Shown in pieces: positions 46,603-55,940 of a stretch of DNA of 64,000 nt. Made by a program: the position numbers and the translations under genes. Positions within the stretch are counted from its first letter, which is position 1, and each line of letters opens with the position of its first letter. The notes under the pieces are model-generated. The model worked only from the letters and a program-made list of their open reading frames with translations. It made no database searches and was not told the origin of the DNA. Origin of the DNA: Candidatus Colwellbacteria bacterium (GTDB lineage Bacteria; Patescibacteriota; Minisyncoccia; UBA6257; Colwellbacteraceae); contig DAIDMW010000002.1 in NCBI GenBank assembly GCA_027448785.1, positions 7,252-71,251 of the forward strand. The letters are read 5' to 3'.

Positions 46603-46939
46603 TAATCGCCTTCTTGGCTGCGTCTCTTTTCCTGACGACCGCAGTCTTCACGATGCGCAGATATCCCCCTTTGCGATCAGCGTATTTGGGAGCGATTTCG
46701 TGGTAAAGCTTGAAGGCCGACTTTTCCGGCAAGCGGCTTAACAGGGTCTTCATAGCATTTAAGTCCTGCTTCTTCGCAGTCGTGACCAATTTCTCGACCT
46801 TAGGCTTAATCTCCTTGGCGCGAGCCTCGGTCGTCGAAATACGCCCGTTTTGTATCAGGTTTGACATCAAGCCGTTGACGAAGCTGCGCCTCCGGCCGGT
46901 TATTCTGCCGAATTTTCTTCCTTTCTGTAAATGCCTCAT
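46589..46939 (-). CDS. rplQ: 50S ribosomal protein L17
   Basis: MRHLQKGRKFGR, TTEARAKE, RKGGYLRI. Confidence 0.97.
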   Translation of the reverse strand: MRHLQKGRKFGRITGRRRSFVNGLMSNLIQNGRISTTEARAKEIKPKVEKLVTTAKKQDLNAMKTLLSRLPEKSAFKLYHEIAPKYADRKGGYLRIVKTAVVRKRDAAKKAIIEFV

Positions 46940-47682
46940 TTTGCTTTTTTCTTGCCGGCCGCCTTCTCCTTTATCGGCTCTTCCTCCTTAATGTCAATCT
47001 CGGAAATCTTCTGGAAGTGATCCAATAAGATGCTCGTCGCCTTGTGCAAGGCATGGGACGGAGTAATGGTCCCGTCGGTTTCGATCAAAACAGTCAGGCG
47101 GTTATAGTCCGTGCGATCACCGACGCGCATGTTTTCCACCGAAAAGTTGACTTTGCGGATCGGTGAAAACAGGGCATCCAAAGCGATGGTGCCAACCGGA
47201 AGCTTCTCCCGCTCGATCGACTCAACCGGCACATATCCGATTCCCTTCTCGACGGTTAGCTCGATGTCCAGCTCGGCGCTCTTGGTGGTCAAAGTCGCCA
47301 GAACCAGCTCCGGGTTCTGTATCTCAACCTCGGCATTACCCTTGATATCGCCGGCAGTCACCTCGCCCTCGCCCTTAGCCTTCAAAGACAGGACCTGCGG
47401 CTCCTCACCGTGGAAGCGGAAGCGCGCTTTCTTCAGGTTCAAGCAAATCTGAACCACATCCTCGGCCACTCCAGGAATAGTAGAAAACTCGTGGCTTACC
47501 CCTTTGATTTTGGCGCGGGTCACAGCCGCTCCGGGGAACGAAGAAAGAAGAACTCGGCGCAGGGCGTTGCCGACGGTTGTTCCATAGCCGCGGTAAAGAC
47601 CTTCAATGGCGAAAGTTCCGCTAAGCTCGTCCTCCTCCAGACGCTTTATTTTTACATTGTCGCTTAAGTAGGTTGTCTCCAT
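46936..47682 (-). CDS. rpoA: RNA polymerase alpha subunit (alpha-CTD absent)
   Basis: GYGTTVGNALRRVLLSS, HEFSTIPGV, DALFSPI, RVGDRTDY. Start at ATG 47682 (248 aa). Confidence 0.94.
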   Translation of the reverse strand: METTYLSDNVKIKRLEEDELSGTFAIEGLYRGYGTTVGNALRRVLLSSFPGAAVTRAKIKGVSHEFSTIPGVAEDVVQICLNLKKARFRFHGEEPQVLSLKAKGEGEVTAGDIKGNAEVEIQNPELVLATLTTKSAELDIELTVEKGIGYVPVESIEREKLPVGTIALDALFSPIRKVNFSVENMRVGDRTDYNRLTVLIETDGTITPSHALHKATSILLDHFQKISEIDIKEEEPIKEKAAGKKKAK

Positions 47683-47686
47683 AAAA

Positions 47687-48298
47687 TTATTTTGAATAAT
47701 AATCGACGACTGCTCCGACATCAACCGGCAAGTCGACGTCGCGTGGCTCACCGCTGACTTCGGCCTCGAGGTTGTTTACGTTTAATTTTATCCACTCCGG
47801 TGCCTCGTATCCCTTCATTTTCTCCGCCACTACGGAAAAATACTTGTTGGTCGCGGACTCGGGACGAACCTTAACCGCGTCCCCCTGGCGCAAAACCAAA
47901 GACGGGGTACTGACGCGGCGGCCGTTAACCAAGAAGTGTCCGTGCGTAACTAGATGCCTGGAAACGGAACGGCTGGGAGCGAAACCGGCGCGGTAGACGA
48001 CGTTATCCACTCTTCTTTCCAGAAGATTTAACACGCCCGCGGCCCCAGCTTTGCCCTCGCTCGCCGCTTCCTTGAAGACGTTGCGCAACTGATTGTCCCG
48101 CAAACCATAAATAAAGCGAATTTTCTGCTTTTCGCGCATCTGCGATCCGTATTCTTTGAGCTTCTTGAAGCGCTTGCCGTGAGCTCCGGGAGCGTACGGC
48201 TTCCTGGTCAAAGCGCACTTCGGCGAATTGCATCGATCCCCTTTGATCGAGAGCTTGGTGCCTAGACTTCTTTCTTTTTTCTCTAAAACGCGCTGCAT
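47687..48298 (-). CDS. rpsD: 30S ribosomal protein S4
   Basis: PGAHG, EKQKIR, LERRVDNVVYR, HGHFLVNG. Confidence 0.97.
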   Translation of the reverse strand: MQRVLEKKERSLGTKLSIKGDRCNSPKCALTRKPYAPGAHGKRFKKLKEYGSQMREKQKIRFIYGLRDNQLRNVFKEAASEGKAGAAGVLNLLERRVDNVVYRAGFAPSRSVSRHLVTHGHFLVNGRRVSTPSLVLRQGDAVKVRPESATNKYFSVVAEKMKGYEAPEWIKLNVNNLEAEVSGEPRDVDLPVDVGAVVDYYSK

Positions 48299-48311
48299 GT
48301 TTTTGTAGTAA

Positions 48312-48746
48312 TTAAACTCGCCTGACTTTCGGAGACTTCGGGCCGTTGTGCGGTATCGGAGTCACGTCCTTGATCGAGACGATGTTGAAATTATGGTTTA
48401 AAAGCGACCTAACCGCCGAATCCCTTCCGCCGCCCACGCCGGAGACATAGACCTCGACATTGACCGGGCCGGTTTTTTCGACTTTTTCCGCCAGAGCCGC
48501 GACTATCTTGGAGGCGGCGAACGGCGTAGCCTTCTTCGGGCCGGAGAAACCGAGCGAGCCGGCTGTCGCCCAAGCGACGACGGCGCCGCGGTTGTCGGTG
48601 ATGCTGATGATGGTGTTGTTGTAGGAAGCGCTGATATAAACGCGGCCGTTCTCGACCTTGCGCTTCTGCGACTTCCCCGAAGACTTGGCCGTAGTTTCGG
48701 CTTTAGTTTCGTCGGTTTTTGGCTTAACAATCCTGGTCTTTCCCAT
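48312..48746 (-). CDS. rpsK: 30S ribosomal protein S11
   Basis: SYNNTII, KATPFAA, DVTPIPHNG. Confidence 0.97.
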   Translation of the reverse strand: MGKTRIVKPKTDETKAETTAKSSGKSQKRKVENGRVYISASYNNTIISITDNRGAVVAWATAGSLGFSGPKKATPFAASKIVAALAEKVEKTGPVNVEVYVSGVGGGRDSAVRSLLNHNFNIVSIKDVTPIPHNGPKSPKVRRV

Positions 48747-48756
48747 TTCTTTATCC

Positions 48757-49140
48757 TTATTTCAGCTCAACCTTGCGACGGCCGCTACCGGCGGTCTTGC
48801 GGACATTGCCGCGAACCGTGCGGGAGTTAGTTTTCGTCCTCTGGCCGTGAACCGGGAGCTTTTTGATGTGGCGCATTCCACGATACGACTTAATGTCCTT
48901 CAACCTCTCGATGTTCTGCTTAATGGTCTGGCGCAGTACTCCCTCGACCCGAAAATTTTTATCGATCTCGGCCTGAAGCTTCGCCACCTCGGCCTGGTCC
49001 AAATCCTTCGCCAGCTTGTCTGGGTTAACGCCAGCGGCCTGTAAAATATTAGCGGCCGAAAACTGACCGACGCCGTAGATGCTGGTCAGCGAGATTCTTA
49101 TCTTTTTATTGTCCGGAATGTTGACTCCTATGATTCTCAT
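48757..49140 (-). CDS. rpsM: 30S ribosomal protein S13
   Basis: MRIIGVNIP, YRGMRH, LPVHGQRTKTN. Confidence 0.97.
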   Translation of the reverse strand: MRIIGVNIPDNKKIRISLTSIYGVGQFSAANILQAAGVNPDKLAKDLDQAEVAKLQAEIDKNFRVEGVLRQTIKQNIERLKDIKSYRGMRHIKKLPVHGQRTKTNSRTVRGNVRKTAGSGRRKVELK

Positions 49141-49143
49141 AAC

Positions 49144-49260
49144 TTATCCCTGCCTTTGCTTGTGCTTCGGATTCTTGCTGCAAATCACGTAAACCCGCCC
49201 CTTCCGGCGGACGACGCGACAATCTTTGCAAACTGTTTTTACCGAAGCTCTTACTTTCAT
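49144..49260 (-). CDS. rpmJ: 50S ribosomal protein L36
   Basis: Manual translation [38 protein letters not shown]. Missing from the ORF track. Confidence 0.96.
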   Translation of the reverse strand: MKVRASVKTVCKDCRVVRRKGRVYVICSKNPKHKQRQG

Positions 49261-49265
49261 TTTGA

Positions 49266-49505
49266 CTATAATCTTCGCACTATCCTGCCTCGAGTGTCGC
49301 TCGCCGAGCCGACCTCGACCCGCACCCGTTCTCCCGGAAGGACTTTAATGCGGTTCATCCGCATCCTTCCCGAGACGTAGGCGAGAAGCTCGTGGCCGTC
49401 GTCCAACTTAACTCGAAAAGTGGCGCTGGGCAACGCCTCTATGACTACCCCATCAACTGTCATATCAAGCCTGCGAATATTATCATAGGGGCTAGTTCGT
49501 GTCAA
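49266..49505 (-). CDS. infA: Translation initiation factor IF-1 (start uncertain)
   Basis: [36 protein letters not shown]. Confidence 0.95.
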   Translation of the reverse strand: MTRTSPYDNIRRLDMTVDGVVIEALPSATFRVKLDDGHELLAYVSGRMRMNRIKVLPGERVRVEVGSASDTRGRIVRRL

Positions 49506-51063
49506 TCATTATCTTGCTCTGGTCGGCCGGAACCCTGGAAACCCAGAAGGGCCAGAATTTGATTTGGCTAGATTGCAGTCCTTGTATACCGACGATCGCC
49601 TGCCGCAGCTGGTCCTGGCTCATCCCGGATATTTTCTGCCGGAATGCAGACAGGTCGAAGGCTGGTTCCCACATCGACTGGAAGGTGATCGGAACGGTCA
49701 TCGTATCGTGTTTCCAGTCAACCTGCGGAGTTCCGTAGGTCACCGAATACTTCTTGACCTGCAAGTTGACCTTGGAAGTGTCGGCCAGCTGGCTGGCCAT
49801 GGCGGTCACCAAGTCGTTTTCGCTGAAGCCGATCGCCTGATAGGAACCGTAAGCCGTCACCGCAAACTGACCGTTGCCGTTCGGGATATCGGCCACGTTA
49901 TACTTGGTCACCTGGAAGCTGCTGGATCCGGATATCAGTTTCTCGCTCGAGTTTTGTAAAGCTATCTCCGAAGTGATGGCGTTCTGCAAGGCCGAAGCGA
50001 TCGAAGACGTGGCCTGAGCAATATCGCTCTGCGTCGGAACGCTAGCCTGGCCGATGAAGCCGCCGCTCATCGCCTGGGTCGACTTTGCGTAAAATCCCTG
50101 GTAGCGCTGAGTTCCGGCGAATCCGGCGAAGTGGAACACTTGGCCGGCTGGCAGATTATACTGGCTGCCCGGCTGGTCAGCCGTCACCGAAGCGGTGATT
50201 TGCGAAGGGACGAGAGCTCCTCCCGACATCGTTCCGCCCGGAACGGTTATCGTCTTATCCAGCCGGAAGATGATTCCGTCGGCATTGACCAAGCGGGTGG
50301 TTCTAACCAGCGTCTGCGGCCTGGTATTAAAGTTGTTGTAAATCACCACCGTCCCCGTCGCGTAGGTCTGCACGTACTTCGAACCGCTCGCTGGGAAAAC
50401 CTGGGTCATCGTCTTGTCTTCGGAGAAAAGTTTTCCGGGAATGGTGACCTGGTTGCTACCGACGGAAATCTGCGTCTGGCCAGTTGAGACCACCAGCTCG
50501 CCGGTGAAATTCCAGGGAGTCTGCTGGAAATTAAGCGTTACGGCGGCGCTCGGCAAGATCTCAGCGCAGTAATAAACCGCGGCCCCCAGAAGTGCCAGGA
50601 ATATTACCCACTTTGCGATTTTCTTTCCGCGGGTCCCTTGTTTTCTTCGACGCGGCTCCGGGCCCACTTCTTCCGGCTCTTCTCCGCCTTTTTCCCCGCC
50701 GTCTCTCCCGCCATCCGCCGGCCCGTAGTTTTCCACCAGCACCGGAGCCTTGGCAAGTTTTCGCGGCAAGATATCGACGACCTGCCTGGCCGGCTGCGAG
50801 TAAAAAGAGTTGCCGGCGCGGATGCCGACCAGCGAAGCCATCGCCAGAATCTCCTCATCCACCGATTCGATGCTGATTTCTTTGCCCAGAGACTTCGCTT
50901 GGTTATACAGTTCCAAAAGTTCACTCGCCTCTTTCACCAAAGAAGCGCCGCGAGGAATATAAATAATGACGTTGGTATTTTTAACCTTCGCCAGCTGCTT
51001 TAAGACCGTCTCTAGCGAGTCGCTCTTATTGATATGTATTTTCTTGCTTACGCCATCAGCCAT
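49492..51063 (-). CDS. Single-pass membrane protein with large extracellular baseplate-J-like region
   Basis: Cytoplasmic N-domain, TM, then ATGTVVIYN, TRL, VTADQPGSQYN, MSGG, PFWV motifs typical of this CPR family (recognised by eye). Confidence 0.6.
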   Translation of the reverse strand: MADGVSKKIHINKSDSLETVLKQLAKVKNTNVIIYIPRGASLVKEASELLELYNQAKSLGKEISIESVDEEILAMASLVGIRAGNSFYSQPARQVVDILPRKLAKAPVLVENYGPADGGRDGGEKGGEEPEEVGPEPRRRKQGTRGKKIAKWVIFLALLGAAVYYCAEILPSAAVTLNFQQTPWNFTGELVVSTGQTQISVGSNQVTIPGKLFSEDKTMTQVFPASGSKYVQTYATGTVVIYNNFNTRPQTLVRTTRLVNADGIIFRLDKTITVPGGTMSGGALVPSQITASVTADQPGSQYNLPAGQVFHFAGFAGTQRYQGFYAKSTQAMSGGFIGQASVPTQSDIAQATSSIASALQNAITSEIALQNSSEKLISGSSSFQVTKYNVADIPNGNGQFAVTAYGSYQAIGFSENDLVTAMASQLADTSKVNLQVKKYSVTYGTPQVDWKHDTMTVPITFQSMWEPAFDLSAFRQKISGMSQDQLRQAIVGIQGLQSSQIKFWPFWVSRVPADQSKIMIDTN

Positions 51064-51959
51064 TTTATTCTTTGCAATGTTTTTTCGCTGAACTCCTCGC
51101 GGGCGGCGACATTCTCGTCCGCGAACAACAGGCTTATATCCGCCTCCTCTGGTTTTTTGAGCAGCAGCCGACGCCCGTCCGCGGCCACTCTTTTTTCATA
51201 AACCCATTCCGGCAGCTGGAACGAAGCGCGGTAGAATGCCGGCAGGCGCTTATACTCGTTCAATGCTTCCTTGTAATTGTGTAGGTTCGCCGCCAATCCT
51301 CTTTGGAACTCCTCCAAGGATGAAGTGAATGATCTTTCTATCGTCCGGCGTGCTTCTTCGCTCACTTCATTATTAATATAACGCAAATAAATTTCCCTGT
51401 TAACTTCCGCATCCGTTGCCAGCTCTTTTCCCATTTCCTGCAAAACGCTATTCAGCCCCCACGGCCAGCTGCTTAGCCTTTTGGTTCCATTGGGAGACGC
51501 AAAATAAAAATAAGTGGCGCTGTCCCCGCTTTCTAAAAACAACGCCGGCTTTTTCTGCGATAAACCTGTAAGGTACGCTCGAACCGCCCCTGGTTCGAGT
51601 ATGGCCGCGGCTTCTTCCGGCAAATGATCGCGGTCGGCAACCGTCAGGTACGTTTTTATCTTGAATGGTTTTTTTAAATCCAACAGTTCCTCGATCCGGA
51701 AAATCTGTTTTTTATTAGATTCCGCGCCCAGGATTCTTGCATCAGCCAAGACTAAATCAAGCTCGTCTATTCCCAGCTCATTGGCCCAGGCCGCCCTGTT
51801 TTCTTCGAAAAATTTCCAGACCGATTGCGAAACCAGATTAATAATTCCGACTTCATCCATCTCTATCTCTGGTTCGAGCGAGTTCTCCCAAAAAACGGTC
51901 TGCGCGACCTCGGGCCCTAATTCGACAATTTTTTTTTCCTTTCCGTTCTCCTCTTTCAT
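51048..51959 (-). CDS. Hypothetical protein, possibly a degenerate FtsA/actin-like fold
   Basis: 303-aa ORF in operon. LFLESGDSAT and WGLNSV resemble FtsA DIGG..T and GG..IT positions only weakly. Confidence 0.45.
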   Translation of the reverse strand: MKEENGKEKKIVELGPEVAQTVFWENSLEPEIEMDEVGIINLVSQSVWKFFEENRAAWANELGIDELDLVLADARILGAESNKKQIFRIEELLDLKKPFKIKTYLTVADRDHLPEEAAAILEPGAVRAYLTGLSQKKPALFLESGDSATYFYFASPNGTKRLSSWPWGLNSVLQEMGKELATDAEVNREIYLRYINNEVSEEARRTIERSFTSSLEEFQRGLAANLHNYKEALNEYKRLPAFYRASFQLPEWVYEKRVAADGRRLLLKKPEEADISLLFADENVAAREEFSEKTLQRIKWLMA

Positions 51960-51967
51960 CCTTTGTT

Positions 51968-53887
51968 TTACGAAACCCTTGCCCTGATCCTTCTAATTCC
52001 GGCCGCGACCGCTTCTTCTTTAACGACCTCGAACTGGCCGATTTCCCCGGTGCGCCCGACGTGCGGCCCTCCGCAGAACTCGATGGAAAACGCCTCACTG
52101 AATTTCGGATCACCCGGAGCGGCGTTTTTCGGTCCGATGGAATAAACCGAAACGATATCCGGATACTTCTGCCCGAACTCGTGCTCGGCTCCCAACTTTT
52201 CCGCTTCTTCCTTCGACATCTCGCTTCGTACCACCGGCAAGTCTTCGCTGATTTTTTCATTGACAATCTTTTCCACCTCCCTCTTCTGTTCCTCGGTCAT
52301 CTTCCCGCTGTAAGAAAAATCCATTCGTAGTCTTTCCGCGGTGATATTGCTCCCTCGCTGCTTAACCTCCGGACCTAAAACCATCTGTAAGGCTTTCAAG
52401 AGAAGGTGATGGGCGGTATGCAGCCTGGTCGTTTCCGCCGAACGATCGGCCAATCCACCTTTAAAAACTCCGGCCGAAGCGGTGCGGGAAAGCTCGCGGT
52501 GTTTTTTAAACTCTTCCTCAAAGGCCTCGCGGTCCACACTAATTCCGCGATCCTTTGCCATCTCCTCCGTAAGTTCCAATGGAAATCCATAACTTTGATA
52601 AAGGTCGAAGGCGTCCTGGCTAGTAATTTTTCCATCCTTGGCGCGAACCTCGAACTCTTTGATTCCCGAAGCCAAGGTAGTTCGAAACTTTTTTTCCTCT
52701 TTTTCAATTTCACTAAGTATAAATTCTGCCTTTCCCGCTAATCCGGGATACTTTGGTATATATTTTTCAATAAATCGCTGAGCAACTAACGACAAGGTGC
52801 TTTGATTAGAAACAATGCCCTGTTTTGCGCCTAATCCGTCCCCAAACCTGACTGCGCGCCTAATTAAACGCCTGACAAGATATCCGCGTCCAACGTTGGA
52901 TGGCACAACTTCGTCTCCGATCAGAAATACGGCTGCTCTCATATGATCTAATACAACTCTGAACGCCCTTTCATTTCCTTCATAAGTTTTCCTACTACCT
53001 GCTTCTAAATCTTTTTTTGCGCTTTCAAATATATCGATATTAAAAACGTCCGGATCGTCGTTGCTAGCCGCGGCGATTCTTTCCAATCCCCCGCCGAAAT
53101 CAACATTGCGCTGCGTTAGTTTCTCAAACGAGCCGTCCTCTTTCTTTATATATTCCATAAAGACCGAGTTGCCGATCTCAAGGAAGCGTCCGCAGTCGCA
53201 GTTCGGATGACACTCTTTCCCGAATTTCGGGTCATGGGGTGTTTGAAAATCGTAGAAAACCTCAGAGTCCGGACCACCCGGTTCTCCCGCCGGCATCTTG
53301 GCCGGCACTCCCGCGCGACTCCACCAGTTCTTCCGCACGTCGTAAGAGAAAATGCGACCGCCTTGCATTCCCAGCTCGCTTCCTTTCTCGTTCGACTCAA
53401 GCGCAACGTATTTCGCTTCTATTCCCTTGTCGGCGAATAATTTTTTCCAAATGGATATCGACTCCTCGTCCGCCGGGATGCCGGTCATCGAATCCCCGGC
53501 AAAAACGGTAACGTAAAGCCTATGGGGATCCAAACCCGCTCCTCCTTCTTCCTGGCTCTTCGTCAAAAATTCAAAGATCCACGGCAGCTGTTCCTGCTTG
53601 AAGTAGTCGCCAAACGACCAGTTGCCGAGCATCTCGAAAAACGTCGTGTGCCGATTGTCTCCGACCTCCTCGATATCCTCCGCCCGGAAGCACTTCTGCG
53701 AGTCGGTCACCCGCTTGCCATGCGGATGCGGCCGGCCTAAAAGAAACGGCAAAAGAGGTTGCATGCCGCTGCCGGTAAAAAGAGTGGTTGGATCGTTTTC
53801 CGGAACCAAAGACGAGGAAGGAATCTCTTTGTGACCTCTCTCTTTATAGAAAGACAAAAACTTTTCGCGCAATTCCTGCGTTCGCAT
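51968..53887 (-). CDS. alaS: Alanine--tRNA ligase (C-terminally truncated form)
   Basis: TLFTGSGMQP, HTTFFEMLGNWSFGDYFK, LYQSYGFP, HTAHHLL, EFCGGPHV. Confidence 0.96.
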   Translation of the reverse strand: MRTQELREKFLSFYKERGHKEIPSSSLVPENDPTTLFTGSGMQPLLPFLLGRPHPHGKRVTDSQKCFRAEDIEEVGDNRHTTFFEMLGNWSFGDYFKQEQLPWIFEFLTKSQEEGGAGLDPHRLYVTVFAGDSMTGIPADEESISIWKKLFADKGIEAKYVALESNEKGSELGMQGGRIFSYDVRKNWWSRAGVPAKMPAGEPGGPDSEVFYDFQTPHDPKFGKECHPNCDCGRFLEIGNSVFMEYIKKEDGSFEKLTQRNVDFGGGLERIAAASNDDPDVFNIDIFESAKKDLEAGSRKTYEGNERAFRVVLDHMRAAVFLIGDEVVPSNVGRGYLVRRLIRRAVRFGDGLGAKQGIVSNQSTLSLVAQRFIEKYIPKYPGLAGKAEFILSEIEKEEKKFRTTLASGIKEFEVRAKDGKITSQDAFDLYQSYGFPLELTEEMAKDRGISVDREAFEEEFKKHRELSRTASAGVFKGGLADRSAETTRLHTAHHLLLKALQMVLGPEVKQRGSNITAERLRMDFSYSGKMTEEQKREVEKIVNEKISEDLPVVRSEMSKEEAEKLGAEHEFGQKYPDIVSVYSIGPKNAAPGDPKFSEAFSIEFCGGPHVGRTGEIGQFEVVKEEAVAAGIRRIRARVS

Positions 53888-53922
53888 GAGTTGATATTAA
53901 CACATGAGATATACTGGGAAAA

Positions 53923-55170
53923 CTACCACTGAAGGATAACTTCTCCGTTTCCGCCAGATCCCGGCGTATAACTCGAAGTATATGCGCCTCCGCCACCACC
54001 ACCGGGTTGAGAGCCGTTCACTCCGTTAGGAGAAGAAGACGTTCCAGCAGCCCCACCCGCACCACCAGCTGGTACGTTGCCGTAGCCAGGAGACGCTGAA
54101 TACGGAGCCGGATTAACATAGTTTTGGTAAGTAAATATTCCAGGTTGAACACCTGTAATCGATGCAGCGCCCGACCCTGCGTTCGCATAATTAATATTTC
54201 CGCCACCATTCTGTCCAGGGAAGGAAATAATAACATATGTTCCGGATGCCGCAGCCGCTGAGCCAGCATATAAACCACCATTGGCTGATACTGTATTTCC
54301 TCCAAAAGAAACCGAAGATGCAGAGCCGCTACTTGCCCCTGCAGTTGCACCAGTTCCGACGACAACCGAGACAGACCCCCCTGGAGTTACTGGAAGCCAG
54401 CCGGCAGTAAAAGCAGATGAAGCTCCCCCATACCCCGCAGCTCCCCAAGCACCAGATCCACCACCACCCCATTCATAGAACCATATTCTAGTTACCCCGC
54501 TCGGCACCGTCCATGTATAAGTTCCAGGAGTGGCAAAAGTCGCTGTTCCAGTAGCTGGGTTAGTGGCCGCCGTCGTCTGTACCGTCCCGTCAGGGAAGGT
54601 AATGCCTCCGGAAGTGACGTCCAAACCGTTGGCCATGTAGACTTCTCCGGAAGAGTCGTTGATTTGCATGGGACGAAGGCTGTTCCATCCTCCGTATTGG
54701 TTGCCTGAGGCGGTAAGGAGGAACCAGGTATTTGTTCCGTCATTCCTCCACATGGCTCCATAGTTGCCAGCGATCATTCGAATCTGGCCGTCTCCAGAAG
54801 CGAGGGTTGATTGTAATTCTCCTGTTGTAACCAAGTTTCCATTGACTGTAACTGTAGCTCCTGAAATTAAACTGGTTGTTCCGATTCCGACTCCTCCTGT
54901 TGGAGAGATAATTAAATTTCCCGAAGGTGAAAGAGAGGTAATGTCTGTGTTGGCTCCGGAGGCGGCTGCTCCGAGGTTTAGGCGGGCCTGCGAAGTTGAT
55001 GATGCGGCAGTCCCCCCGTTTACTATAGTTATTGGTGTTAGCGATTCAGTCGGCGGAGAACTAGCGGGATTAGTCCAGGCTTGTGCGATGTTGTAACTCA
55101 AAATCAGCGACGAACCGAATAAAAGCAAGATAATTGGTATGGCTATGTGATATTTAAAATTTTTAAACAT
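53923..55170 (-). CDS. Exported fibre-like protein with phage tail-fibre-like module and Gly-rich C-terminal domain
   Basis: Signal peptide ending AQA-WTNP, ARLNLGAAASGANTDITSL, GNYGAMWRNDG...WNSLRP, PGTYTWTVPSGV...GGGGSG...GGNGEVILQW. Confidence 0.72.
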   Translation of the reverse strand: MFKNFKYHIAIPIILLLFGSSLILSYNIAQAWTNPASSPPTESLTPITIVNGGTAASSTSQARLNLGAAASGANTDITSLSPSGNLIISPTGGVGIGTTSLISGATVTVNGNLVTTGELQSTLASGDGQIRMIAGNYGAMWRNDGTNTWFLLTASGNQYGGWNSLRPMQINDSSGEVYMANGLDVTSGGITFPDGTVQTTAATNPATGTATFATPGTYTWTVPSGVTRIWFYEWGGGGSGAWGAAGYGGASSAFTAGWLPVTPGGSVSVVVGTGATAGASSGSASSVSFGGNTVSANGGLYAGSAAAASGTYVIISFPGQNGGGNINYANAGSGAASITGVQPGIFTYQNYVNPAPYSASPGYGNVPAGGAGGAAGTSSSPNGVNGSQPGGGGGGAYTSSYTPGSGGNGEVILQW

Positions 55171-55184
55171 AATATTTTTTAATT

Positions 55185-55817
55185 TTACATTGCCGTCGTC
55201 TGCACCGTCCCGTCAGGGAAAGTGATACCTCCAGAGGTGATGTCTAGACCGTTGCCCATATACACTTCTCCTGTGGAGTCGTTGATATAGAAAGGCCTCA
55301 AACTGTTCCAGCTGCCATATTGATCTCCGGAGTTGGTGAATAATAGGTAGGTGTTGGCGCCGTCATTCCTCCACATGGCTCCATAGTTGCCGGCGATCAT
55401 TCGAATCTGGCCATAACCTGAACCCAAGGTGGACTGGAGTTCTCCGCTAGCCGCGATGTTGCCGTTAACCGTGACTAATGCTCCTGTTCCCAGACTGGTT
55501 GTTCCGATTCCCACGCCTCCAGTTGGAGAGATGATGAGATTCCCTGATGGTGAAAGAGAGGTAATGTCGGAGTTGGCGCCAGAGGCGGCGGTACCTAAGT
55601 CGGATAAAGCTTGCGGCACTGTGCTGGCCTGAGTTCCGCCTAAGGTGATTACGATAGGCCCAGGTTGGCCGTTCGGAGCGGTTTGTGAAGGATTGGACCA
55701 GGCCATAGCCACACCGGAAGACAATCCAAAAAAAACAGCTAGCGAAAAAGATAAAATGTACAAGCGATCAATCGAGATAAAAAATATATTAGTTTTATAC
55801 AATTGGCGCCCAGACAT
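55185..55817 (-). CDS. Short paralog of the downstream fibre-like protein
   Basis: AMA-WSNP and the same tail-fibre-like core. Ends at ITFPDGTVQTTAM. Confidence 0.72.
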   Translation of the reverse strand: MSGRQLYKTNIFFISIDRLYILSFSLAVFFGLSSGVAMAWSNPSQTAPNGQPGPIVITLGGTQASTVPQALSDLGTAASGANSDITSLSPSGNLIISPTGGVGIGTTSLGTGALVTVNGNIAASGELQSTLGSGYGQIRMIAGNYGAMWRNDGANTYLLFTNSGDQYGSWNSLRPFYINDSTGEVYMGNGLDITSGGITFPDGTVQTTAM

Positions 55818-55900
55818 ACGTTAATTAATTATCAAAGAACCAAAAACGGTTGTCAACGCAATTATGAAGACAACGGACCGATATTATCAGCCCGCTGTCT

Positions 55901-55940
55901 TTAGTTTTATTTTTAATTTTACGCTTTAAGCTTTGCGCTC
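55901..55940. repeat. Heptamer element, right arm with degenerate left arm (copy 10)
   Basis: TTTTACGCTTTAAGCTTTGCGCTC abutting the rpoD stop. Confidence 0.65.

Noticed and set aside
49492-55817. Prophage suggested by baseplate-like and tail-fibre-like genes
   Set aside because: No integrase, terminase, capsid or lysis genes. The proteins have TM or signal peptides and sit among housekeeping genes.
53923-55817. Diversity-generating retroelement template/variable repeat pair
   Set aside because: Differences between the paralogs are not adenine-specific, both copies are coding, and no reverse transcriptase is in the window.
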